From Candidatus Zixiibacteriota bacterium (GTDB lineage: Bacteria > Zixibacteria > MSB-5A5 > UBA10806 > 4484-95), in contig JBBIRK010000004.1 in assembly GCA_037441845.1 (NCBI GenBank), positions 1-64,000 on the forward strand: a DNA stretch of 64,000 nucleotides, read 5' to 3'. Position 1 is the first letter of the stretch, and each line of letters starts with the position of its first letter. Positions 20,322-29,387 of this stretch are shown here, in pieces. Under the pieces are notes generated by a model. That model saw only the letters and a list, made by a program, of their open reading frames with translations, was not told the origin of the DNA and searched no databases. A program made the position numbers and the translations under genes.

Positions 20322-20793
20322 ATAGGGAAAAGATCGATCGCAAGCTTCATTCGGTTACTCCTCGAAACGGCGGTCTTTGATTTTCATTTTCATCGCATGT
20401 TTTTCGGAAGGATTTTATCGTTGGATGGTATATAATCGTTATGGTAATCGCGAGCGCCGACCAAGCGAAGGCGGTGCAGCGGGTCGAGGTGGAATTCGCC
20501 ATACGGGTGATGCATGGGGCGAATCGAGATATTCCGATCGATCGAGCGGAGCCGGCGAGGATCGCGACAAATCAATTTCCTTGACTGAATTATGAATTGT
20601 ATTTACCTTAAACCGGAGAGATAAGTAGATGAACTCGGTTGCACAGATTGGCGGGCGAAATCAATATAATTGAATATAAGCGAAATTCCCAGCCAGCGGG
20701 TTCACCGTTTCGATTTCCATATCCATATGCGGATCAAAGAGGTAAATCGAGCAATTCGGAACTATTCGGCTTTCGAAAATGTCAATATCATGA

Positions 20794-20810
20794 AGGCATA
20801 TAGTTTGCAT
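20794..20810 (+). promoter_or_regulatory. Putative sigma54 -24/-12 promoter
   Basis: aGGcatatagtttGCat: GG-N10-GC with TTGCA. Confidence 0.55.
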
Positions 20811-20876
20811 TGCGTTTTATCGGATTGAAGGGTTTTTTTATCGATACCAATAATCAACTTTTTTAAAGGAGAAACA

Positions 20877-22565
20877 ATGTTAAGAAAAATGCTACTGTGC
20901 GTGGTCTTGATGATCGGCGCAGCGGCGATCGCCGGAGCCGACGAGACCAGTCCGGTTTACAGCCGGGCGATCGACGGTTTCATAACGGATACCAATCCGG
21001 TCCCGCTGGAAGCCACCGAGGATAGAATTTCCTATGACGGTGCGCCGTCGGTTTATTTTCCGAACCTGACCGCGGTGGGAACCAAATTCGCAGTGCGATT
21101 CACGCCGCTTCAGGCTTGCACGCTCAGCTACATCGAGGTCGTATCCTATCAGGCGCCCGGCCCGGCGTTAATTCACGTTTACAGCGACAGCGGCGGCATC
21201 CCCGGTCACGATCTCAGAACCCCGTTTTCGGTTACCTTAAACGGCGGTATCACCTATCAGAGAATCAATATCAATCCGAGGCTGGATATCGGGGCTTCCG
21301 ATTTCCATATCGCGGTCGAATATTCTCAGGCTCCGCCGCCGTGGGTGACCGCCGATAACGACGGCGGCACGCAGCGTTCGCGTTATAAGAGGCCGACCGA
21401 TCAAACCTGGACTGTGTTTAGTTCAAACGACTTGAATTTCCGGGCCTACGTGCGCTATTACGGCGCGGATGCGGTTCCTCCTACGATCAGCCATAGTTGG
21501 CGGGTGCTTGGGTTCTCCTACGAGGGAGACCACCCGGTCGAAGCTACCATAACGGATGCCGCCGGAGTCGGTTCCGCTTTCGTTCATTACTCGCTTGACG
21601 GAGTGACTTACGACAGCGTGGCGATGACCGTGGTTTCGGGAAATCTCTGGCGCGGCTATATCCCGGGACAGCCGGAAAATACCATGATCCGCTATTATAT
21701 CAGCGCCATCGACAACTCACCGGGTCAAAATCGTGGAACGTATCCTGCGGGTGGTCCCTCGGCGCCGTTGTTGATGACGATCGTGCGCGGCCGTGAGTTG
21801 GCCTATGATGACGGCACGGCCGACAGGTTCTATATCGTAACCGATACTTTCTATAACAACGCTTTCGCTATCAGAATGACCCCGACGTCATATCCAGTTA
21901 ACGTTCTCTTGGCGCGCGCCTATGTCAACGGCGACAGTCCTATTGGACTCTCTCTGAATGCGGTTTCCGCAGGCATGCCCGGCAACGTCTTGCCCGGCGG
22001 CGAGGAGATCGAATGCACTCGAGGTCCGGGACACGATTGGGCGATAGCCAACTGGTCGCCGGGGCCGCGGATCAACAGCGGGAGTTTCTTCTTGGTTCTC
22101 CACTGGATGCCGGAAACACCGGACGATCCGGGTGTGGGGCTGGATACGAGCGCAACTCAGGCCAGATCTTATTGGTATCATGACAGCCTCGGTTGGAATG
22201 CGGTCACCAACGGCGAATGGATTATGCGCACGGTAATCGCGACACCGACCGGCATCGAGGAAATCGGTCCCGACGGCGTGACTCCAGCGAGATTCGAATT
22301 GATCGGCAATTACCCCAATCCTTTCAACCCGTCCACGGAAATCAAATTCCTCGCCCCCAAAGCAGGCCGGGTGACGGTTGAGGTTTTCAACGTGGCCGGT
22401 CAACTCGTGAAAACGGTTTTTGCCGGCGAAGTCGAACCCGGTATCCGTCAGGTTACTTGGGATGGCAAAGACAAAATGGGTAGGGAAGTCGGATCGGGAG
22501 TGTATTTCTACAAACTAAACTCCGGCGACCAGATCGATACCGGCAAAATGGTCTTGATTCGCTGA
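20877..22565 (+). CDS. Secreted protein with two internal homologous beta modules, central Ig-like domain and C-terminal sorting domain
   Basis: ISYDG...FAVRFTP and LAYDDG...FAIRMTP modules; GNYPNPFNPST...SGVYFYKL; SD aaggag. Confidence 0.85.
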   Translation: MLRKMLLCVVLMIGAAAIAGADETSPVYSRAIDGFITDTNPVPLEATEDRISYDGAPSVYFPNLTAVGTKFAVRFTPLQACTLSYIEVVSYQAPGPALIHVYSDSGGIPGHDLRTPFSVTLNGGITYQRININPRLDIGASDFHIAVEYSQAPPPWVTADNDGGTQRSRYKRPTDQTWTVFSSNDLNFRAYVRYYGADAVPPTISHSWRVLGFSYEGDHPVEATITDAAGVGSAFVHYSLDGVTYDSVAMTVVSGNLWRGYIPGQPENTMIRYYISAIDNSPGQNRGTYPAGGPSAPLLMTIVRGRELAYDDGTADRFYIVTDTFYNNAFAIRMTPTSYPVNVLLARAYVNGDSPIGLSLNAVSAGMPGNVLPGGEEIECTRGPGHDWAIANWSPGPRINSGSFFLVLHWMPETPDDPGVGLDTSATQARSYWYHDSLGWNAVTNGEWIMRTVIATPTGIEEIGPDGVTPARFELIGNYPNPFNPSTEIKFLAPKAGRVTVEVFNVAGQLVKTVFAGEVEPGIRQVTWDGKDKMGREVGSGVYFYKLNSGDQIDTGKMVLIR

Positions 22566-22582
22566 GATTTCGGTTTTCGGTT

Positions 22583-22616
22583 ACCCCCGGGGATTTATCC
22601 GCCCGGGGGTTTTTTT
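22583..22616 (+). terminator. Rho-independent terminator
   Basis: acccccggg...cccgggggt plus T-run. Confidence 0.85.
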
Positions 22617-22792
22617 ATTTTTCAGCCGCTCGTTAAGGGGCATTTCATCCGTTATGGAAACATTATGCAACGTTCTGCTCAGCTCCGACGAAGACTCGAC
22701 GACCTTCGGAAATCACGTCATTTTTGGTCGTGTAACTTATTAGGCCATATAGCATAGCGTAATCGTCTGAATCGATATTATTTAGTCGGTTT

Positions 22793-22809
22793 CGGCCTAT
22801 CCTTTGCAT
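22793..22809 (+). promoter_or_regulatory. Putative sigma54 -24/-12 promoter
   Basis: cGGcctatcctttGCat: GG-N10-GC with TTGCA, about 25 nt before the ATG. Confidence 0.5.
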
Positions 22810-22833
22810 TTTCAGCCGCCAAGAGGATAGACT

Positions 22834-25704
22834 ATGAAAAGAATGATAATTATTGCGGCTTGGTTGTCGGCGGCGGTATCCGTGGCAGGCGCAGTTGACA
22901 TAGCCGGTCCGCTTTTGACCGCTCAAGGCGAAGTGTCGGCGATTATCAGGCTGGCTGACCAGGCGGAATTGAGGAAAGCGGTCGGAGTTCAGAATACAGG
23001 TGTCAGAAATCAGGCGGCTCATGCGCGAGTGATCGAGGAATTGAGGAGCAATTCGCGACGTTCGCAGGCGGCGATTTTGGAAATGATCGAAGCCGCAGGT
23101 GCCAGAGTCAAGGAACATAAAAGTTTTTGGATCAGCAATTGCATTTATATACGAGCAGACGCTGAGTTCATAAGGGAATTGGCGCAACGTCCCGATGTGG
23201 AGATGGTGACCGAGAATCCCGATATCGTGCTCGTCGAGCCGGTTGATTCGGGAGCGATTACGGCATCGACGATGACCGCGGAGCCCGGACTGACCGATAT
23301 AGGCGCCCGCGAGGCATGGGCGATGGGTCTCAAAGGAGCAGGAAGAATCGTTTGTAATTTCGACACAGGGGTTAACGGCAATCATCCGGCGTTGGTGGCG
23401 CGCTGGCGAGGGGCGAACGGAGCGCCTGCGGCGGCCTGCTGGTTCGATCCTTTTACCAATACGACTTTTCCCGTCGATAGCCACGGCCACGGTACGCATA
23501 CTATGGGGACGATCGCAGGAATGGACGGACCGGATACTGTGGGTGTGGCGTTCGAGGCGCAATGGATAGCTGCGGGAGTGGTCGATCGCGGCGGCGGTTT
23601 TTCGAGGACGGTCGCGGATATCCTGGCCGCATTTCAATGGGCGGTCGATCCCGACGGCAATCCGCAGACAATTGACGATGTTCCCGATGTCATCAACAAT
23701 TCTTGGGGTGTTCCCGCCGGGTATCTGGGCGGTTGCGATGGGACGTTCTGGGACGCCATAGATAATGTCGAGGCGGCCGGTGTCGTGTGCTTGTTCGCGG
23801 CCGGAAATGAGGGCCCCTATGCCCGCACCATCAGAACTCCCGCCGATCGCATAACCTCTCCGTTGAATTGTATGGCTGTCGGCGCATTGAACGGACCATA
23901 CGGACAGATCGCCAATTTTTCCTCGAGAGGACCATCGGGATGCGACAGCAGCACGATCAAGCCCGAGCTGGTTGCGCCCGGGGTCAACATCAGGTCATGC
24001 GATCGCAACGGAGGATATCGCACGATGTCGGGCACCTCGATGGCTACGCCGCATGTGGCCGGGGCGGTCGCTTTGCTCAGGCAGTTCAATCCGCAGGCGA
24101 CCGTGAATCAAGTGAAAGCAGCGGTTCTCTACGGCGCCGACGATCTCGGCTCGCCCGGCGATGACAACGACTATGGCCATGGGAAATTGAATCTGCTGCA
24201 TTCATTATATAATATGCCGCCGCCGGATCATCCGTTCATTCATGTAATTTCCTGCCGGACCTATGATGGTCACGATGATCGTCCCGAACCCGGTGATTCA
24301 CCGCGGCTGAGGTTGATTCTCGAAAATATCGGTTCGGCCGGACAAGTTCAGGCGACTTTGAGCTCGAACGATCCTCATATCCAGGTGATCGAGAATTATT
24401 TGAATTTGGGTTTTAGACCGCGATTCGATACGCTTCGAATCGATGGATTCAGGATCGTTATCTCTAATGATGCCGTTCCGGGAGAAACTCTTCGAATGGC
24501 GATCGAGTTCACAAGCGGTTCCTGGCGGCAACGGTTTACATTCGACGCGATCGTAATCGACGGGCAAGCGGAATCTATCGCCACGATCGTCACCGATAGT
24601 CTCGAGATGACTTTCTCCAATTTCGGTCAATTCGGTCTCGGCGACGGTTCTTTCAACCCGGGCGGCGGCCGAGGATTCCGTTATCCGGTAGGCGGCATCG
24701 ATTTTATTAAAGAATCATCACTGCTGATCGCGGCGGCCGGTCGAGTATCCGACGGCGCCCGCAACGAGGCGAATGTCCCCGATAACGATTTCAAACCACT
24801 GGCAAACAATCTGCCCCGAATAGAGGCGCCGGGAATATATGCCGATTATGACGGCTATGCCGCCTATTCCGATTCGGCTGCGGAGTATCCGCTGGGCGTC
24901 GGAGTTTCGCAAAAATGTTTCGCCTGGAACGGCAATCAAAAATTCGTCTTGGCGGAATTCACGATAAGCAATTACGGACAGGTCCCGTTGATCGGAATTA
25001 GAGCCGCTATCTACTGCGATTGGGATCTGCCGTTGACCTCAGGAAGCGATGACGTCGTCGGATATGTCGATTCGCTGTCGTTGGGTTATATCATGGATCA
25101 GCCTACAGGCCGCTGCGTGGGGGTTAGGCCCATAACAGCGCCTGCGAGTTCATACCGTGCGATCGCCAACAGCCTCGATTTCAGCAACGGATTCCCCGAC
25201 AGTCGAAAGCAGCAGTTTATGAGCGAGGGTTTCGTGCAGACCGCTTATGCGGTTCCCGGCAATTATTCCCATATAATCGCGGTGGGTCCTTACGATATCG
25301 CCCCGGGCGATTCGGAGGTCGCCGCTTTCGCTTTTGTCGCCGGCAATTCCCTGGAGGAGTTGACTGCTCAAGCCCAGCAGGCTTTCTGGATGTACCCCAA
25401 TCTCACCGGTATCACCGACGATCGGAGCGATACGCCTGATGATTATCGGGTCGGGCGAAATTACCCGAATCCTTTCAATTCATCGACGGTGATCGAAATT
25501 CAGGTCGACGGTCGCGCCGAGCTGGTGATCTATGATATAAAGGGATGCAAGGTTAGGTCGTATGAACTTCAAGGCGGCCGAACCGAAACGATTATCTGGG
25601 ACGGCAAATGCAGCGACGGCACGGAAGCGGCCGCGGGAGTCTATTTCTATAAAATCAAGGGAGATGATAACAGCCGGCCGCGAAAAATGATTCTGCTCAA
25701 ATAA
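22834..25704 (+). CDS. Secreted S8 serine peptidase (bacillopeptidase F-like) with C-terminal sorting domain
   Basis: FDTG, HGTHTMG, DVINNSWG, GTSMATPHVAG; RNYPNPFN...GVYFYKI. Confidence 0.92.
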   Translation: MKRMIIIAAWLSAAVSVAGAVDIAGPLLTAQGEVSAIIRLADQAELRKAVGVQNTGVRNQAAHARVIEELRSNSRRSQAAILEMIEAAGARVKEHKSFWISNCIYIRADAEFIRELAQRPDVEMVTENPDIVLVEPVDSGAITASTMTAEPGLTDIGAREAWAMGLKGAGRIVCNFDTGVNGNHPALVARWRGANGAPAAACWFDPFTNTTFPVDSHGHGTHTMGTIAGMDGPDTVGVAFEAQWIAAGVVDRGGGFSRTVADILAAFQWAVDPDGNPQTIDDVPDVINNSWGVPAGYLGGCDGTFWDAIDNVEAAGVVCLFAAGNEGPYARTIRTPADRITSPLNCMAVGALNGPYGQIANFSSRGPSGCDSSTIKPELVAPGVNIRSCDRNGGYRTMSGTSMATPHVAGAVALLRQFNPQATVNQVKAAVLYGADDLGSPGDDNDYGHGKLNLLHSLYNMPPPDHPFIHVISCRTYDGHDDRPEPGDSPRLRLILENIGSAGQVQATLSSNDPHIQVIENYLNLGFRPRFDTLRIDGFRIVISNDAVPGETLRMAIEFTSGSWRQRFTFDAIVIDGQAESIATIVTDSLEMTFSNFGQFGLGDGSFNPGGGRGFRYPVGGIDFIKESSLLIAAAGRVSDGARNEANVPDNDFKPLANNLPRIEAPGIYADYDGYAAYSDSAAEYPLGVGVSQKCFAWNGNQKFVLAEFTISNYGQVPLIGIRAAIYCDWDLPLTSGSDDVVGYVDSLSLGYIMDQPTGRCVGVRPITAPASSYRAIANSLDFSNGFPDSRKQQFMSEGFVQTAYAVPGNYSHIIAVGPYDIAPGDSEVAAFAFVAGNSLEELTAQAQQAFWMYPNLTGITDDRSDTPDDYRVGRNYPNPFNSSTVIEIQVDGRAELVIYDIKGCKVRSYELQGGRTETIIWDGKCSDGTEAAAGVYFYKIKGDDNSRPRKMILLK

Positions 25705-25742
25705 GAGTCCGATCGATAGAGTCCATCCGCTGAATCGTCCGA

Positions 25743-26285
25743 TCAAAGGACCATATTCAAGCCTATCGCAATGAGAATCAATCCGCCGATTATCATAGCG
25801 CGTTGCCCGAAATAACGATAAAGCCTGGTTCCGAGATAAAGGCCCGCCGTCGTCATTATCATGCAAATTACCCCGATAATGACGGCAGGGCGCCAGATAG
25901 TTATTTCCATAAGCCCGAAACCGAAACCGACTCCCAAAGCATCGAGGCTGGTGCCGATCGCCAACCCCACCATTTTCAATCCCCGAGAAAGATCGGGAGA
26001 TTGCCCCGGGTTGTTTTTAAAGCCTTCGATAATCATCCGCAACCCGATTCCCGCCAGAAGCAGCAGCACGAACCAGTGTCCGTATCCGCCGATATATTTC
26101 GCCGCCGCTCCACCCACAAACCAACCGATCACGGGCATCATGAATTGGAACAATCCGAAATGCCAAGCCAAACGGAAAATACGGCGCGGCGTAAACCCCT
26201 GCGCACCCGCCGCCAAAGCCGCACTGAAAGCATCGGAACCGAGCCCGATACTGATAAGGATTATTTCGTAAAGCGGCAGCATCAT
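25743..26285 (-). CDS. mntP: Manganese efflux pump MntP family
   Basis: GLGSDAFSAA, FGLFQFMMPVIGW, TSLDALGVG. Confidence 0.88.
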   Translation of the reverse strand: MMLPLYEIILISIGLGSDAFSAALAAGAQGFTPRRIFRLAWHFGLFQFMMPVIGWFVGGAAAKYIGGYGHWFVLLLLAGIGLRMIIEGFKNNPGQSPDLSRGLKMVGLAIGTSLDALGVGFGFGLMEITIWRPAVIIGVICMIMTTAGLYLGTRLYRYFGQRAMIIGGLILIAIGLNMVL

Positions 26286-27106
26286 TATTGATCGACGTTT
26301 TCGGGATGATATTCGTAATAGATCACGATATGCTCTATATTATCCCGCCGCATCGATCCTTTTATGCGAAGTCTTACGGTTGCGCCATCAGCGGTTTTAA
26401 GCGTATATTCCGCGCCATTTTCGAACGGCTGGCTTAGTTCAAATGCACGGCCGTTCCCCGACGAAGACGGTTCGCCTCGGGCGATCAGGGTGCGTCTCAA
26501 ACTCGGATGTAAAAGTGATGGGCTGGCGATCCCCTTTCGCCGTTCGTTGAAGAAGAAATACAAGTCGTTGGCGTAATCTTTTGCGGGAAGATAGACTTTC
26601 TTGCGGAAACTGTATCCGGCTTTGGGCGAATTCAAATCGGTGGAGATTTCCAGAGTTCCGCTTTGGAAAGGGACGAACGACACGATTTCCGATGATTGGC
26701 TGTCAAGGCTGTCGCGTATGATCGTAATCACTTTCGCGAAATATCTTTTTCCGTTCGCCAAGTTTTGCAGCTCGATGGATTCCTTGAAAATGTCGCCGTC
26801 GGTATCGCCCGGATAAGGGATTCGGAGATAAGGACTCCAAGGACCCTCCGGAGAAAAGGCCAGCTGAATGTCGTAGCCGTGTATCGGAACATCAGGCCGC
26901 CTATTGACTTTCCATTGTAGGCGGGCGGATTGGTCGCCCGGTGTTGCAGTTAAATCAAATGGCCTGAACTGGACCGTAATCGGCACGGTGACGGACTCGA
27001 CGGTCGGTTTTGTCGTGCAGGAAAAAAACGCCGCCAACAGCATCAACGGCAGAATTAATCCGCATGATTTCGAAACCGCCTGAATATCCCCGCCCGATGA
27101 CCTCAA
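26285..27106 (-). CDS. Lipoprotein with FN3-like domain
   Basis: Lipobox FFSC; LTATPGDQSARLQW...L.NGKRYF; start uncertain. Confidence 0.7.
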   Translation of the reverse strand: MRSSGGDIQAVSKSCGLILPLMLLAAFFSCTTKPTVESVTVPITVQFRPFDLTATPGDQSARLQWKVNRRPDVPIHGYDIQLAFSPEGPWSPYLRIPYPGDTDGDIFKESIELQNLANGKRYFAKVITIIRDSLDSQSSEIVSFVPFQSGTLEISTDLNSPKAGYSFRKKVYLPAKDYANDLYFFFNERRKGIASPSLLHPSLRRTLIARGEPSSSGNGRAFELSQPFENGAEYTLKTADGATVRLRIKGSMRRDNIEHIVIYYEYHPENVDQ

Positions 27107-27107
27107 A

Positions 27108-27830
27108 TCAATCGATTCCGTACATGATCCCGACCAGGAATTGCGAAGTGGCCAGGTTCAATTGAAACCGGTCAGGCTGTCCGTAAATAGCCGAAACCGG
27201 CATGGTGGTTTTTCCGGCGGTCCATTCGCTTCGGGCATCCAGCGAAAGCCTATCATCGATTTTGATCTGGGCCCCGGCCGAGAAACCTGCGGCCAACGCG
27301 ACTTCGGTATGGCGGATATTGTATTCTATGGCATGATCGAGGCGGATCGAAAATGCGGAAATGCCTATGGCCAGAAAAGGGACGAATTTCTGATCCGATG
27401 AAAATTGAAAAAGCACCGGCAGGGAAGCGGAAAATTTGGCGACGTTCATATCGAGTTCCTGGGCCTGATCGGGAATCGGGACAGTCGGGTTGTGATTGAC
27501 GAATAATTTGCTGGTCGAAACCGAGTGCAGGGCGAAATCGAATTCGAGCGCGAGATGCCGGGCGAAACGATGGCGGATCCCGGCGCAAAACGACAGACCG
27601 CCGCCGAAATCGCCGATTCGATCGTCGGTCATGAAAGTGGTTTCATAGTAGGTATTGGCCCATTCGACGAACTTGGTGAAATGTGGACCGCCGGTCCAGC
27701 CGGCAAGCACATAGAAAGAACGTCGACTGTAACCCTCGGGCTGACTTAAATAGCCGCCGCGCTGGGCAGGTGCTGCGACAGCAGAAATCAACACAACCAA
27801 AGCGCTGAGCGCAGTATTGCATTTCGGCAT
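27108..27830 (-). CDS. Outer-membrane beta-barrel protein (OmpW-like)
   Basis: Signal peptide; alternating amphipathic strands; FVPFLAIG; C-terminal FLVGIMYG. Confidence 0.65.
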   Translation of the reverse strand: MPKCNTALSALVVLISAVAAPAQRGGYLSQPEGYSRRSFYVLAGWTGGPHFTKFVEWANTYYETTFMTDDRIGDFGGGLSFCAGIRHRFARHLALEFDFALHSVSTSKLFVNHNPTVPIPDQAQELDMNVAKFSASLPVLFQFSSDQKFVPFLAIGISAFSIRLDHAIEYNIRHTEVALAAGFSAGAQIKIDDRLSLDARSEWTAGKTTMPVSAIYGQPDRFQLNLATSQFLVGIMYGID

Positions 27831-28042
27831 GCGGTATTATCAATAAATGCGGTCGAATTGTCAACAGCGATTCGGTTCGAACGGATATGTCTGATCCACA
27901 ATCGCATTATTATAGGAAGGTTTTATATAAAAGCGCTTGACCCGAATGCTGCGGCCGCTTAATATACCGACATCGCCGCCGATAATCCGGCCATGCGGTT
28001 CGGCAGGCGAGAAAGCGGAATGTCCGAATAGGACATCTGATC

Positions 28043-28115
<73 letters not shown>

Positions 28116-28266
28116 CTTACCTCTAGAACACTATCACCGGAGCGACAAGGCAGACGATGATCGAAGCCGGCAGCGGATTTATAAACCGGCTTTTGGAATG
28201 GCGCGGGAATATTACGCTTGATTATGAGAAGGCGAATTTTCATATTGGGGAAAACGAGGGAGGATT

Positions 28267-28656
28267 ATGATTAAATATGGTTTTCAGAAAAAATTAAAAT
28301 GCGGTTTTGATGAAGCCCTGAAAATGGTGGCGGAAAAGTTGAAACAGGAAGGATTCGGCATATTGACGGAAATCGACGTCCGCGACACTTTGAAAAAGAA
28401 ACTCGATGTGGAATTCCCCCGGTATAAGATTCTCGGCGCCTGCAATCCGCCGTTCGCATATAAGGCACTTCAAGCGGAAACGGCTATCGGCTTGCTTATG
28501 CCGTGCAACGCGATCGTGTACGAAAAAGAAGGCGACGTTTATTTCGCCATGGTGAAACCATCGGTGACCATGCGTTCAGTGGGCAATCCGGCGCTGGAAC
28601 CGCTTGCCGGCGAGATCGAAAAGAAAATCGAACGGATTATCGAATCGCTCGAATGA
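28267..28656 (+). CDS. DUF302 domain protein
   Basis: GFGILTEIDV..TLKKKL, ILGACNP, IGLLMPCN. Confidence 0.9.
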   Translation: MIKYGFQKKLKCGFDEALKMVAEKLKQEGFGILTEIDVRDTLKKKLDVEFPRYKILGACNPPFAYKALQAETAIGLLMPCNAIVYEKEGDVYFAMVKPSVTMRSVGNPALEPLAGEIEKKIERIIESLE

Positions 28657-29294
28657 TCAAGTCGATGAATGCGATGATCGGAAAATCGGCGAAAAAGGTC
28701 CGCTGGATATTGGCGGCTCCGCTTATAGTGATTGCCTGCGCCGGTTATATAATGCCGCGGCCGAGTTTCTACTGGCCGGATATGGCAAAAAGCAAAATCG
28801 CCGGTAAAGGGATTTTCGTAATAAACAAGAAGATTTCATCAAGAATCGTGGTCGTCGGCGGTGAACTGACGCCGCCATCGGAAAAACAAGTTTTGTTGGG
28901 GCAGGGAATCCGCCGGTTGCTGGCCGACGTGGGGAAAACCGTTTTTGAAAAGTCTGCGGTGCTCGATGGTTTCCCACCGCGCCCTGAAAAAACGAAACAG
29001 TTACGCTGCTTGCTTGCGGTCGATGATGCCGATTGTCAAGTGCAGATGACGCAGTCCTCGGAGGGGTCGCCGCTCTTGCGATGCGCGGTGACCGTAAAGG
29101 TGAAATTCGAGGACTTCGCGAAAGGAAGAGTCGGTTCGCGAATTATCGAACTGAGCGGCCAGTCCAGCGTCGTAGTCGGCGGTTCCGGCAAGAAGCTCGA
29201 TTCGGAGATCAAGCGGGTCGTCGACGAATCGTTGACCGATCTGGGCAGGAAATTAGCGGCTGAAATCGTCAACGTCTATGGCGCAAGGATGTGA
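28653..29294 (+). CDS. Hypothetical putative lipoprotein
   Basis: ATGA overlap with DUF302; basic N-terminus, hydrophobic stretch, VIAC. Confidence 0.6.
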   Translation: MIKSMNAMIGKSAKKVRWILAAPLIVIACAGYIMPRPSFYWPDMAKSKIAGKGIFVINKKISSRIVVVGGELTPPSEKQVLLGQGIRRLLADVGKTVFEKSAVLDGFPPRPEKTKQLRCLLAVDDADCQVQMTQSSEGSPLLRCAVTVKVKFEDFAKGRVGSRIIELSGQSSVVVGGSGKKLDSEIKRVVDESLTDLGRKLAAEIVNVYGARM

Positions 29295-29387
29295 CGGGTG
29301 CGCCGGCGAAAGCCAATTCGACTTCAACCGCGGGAAAACGGTAATTCCATCGATACTTCAGTTGAATCGATCAAGAAATCGCGGACC

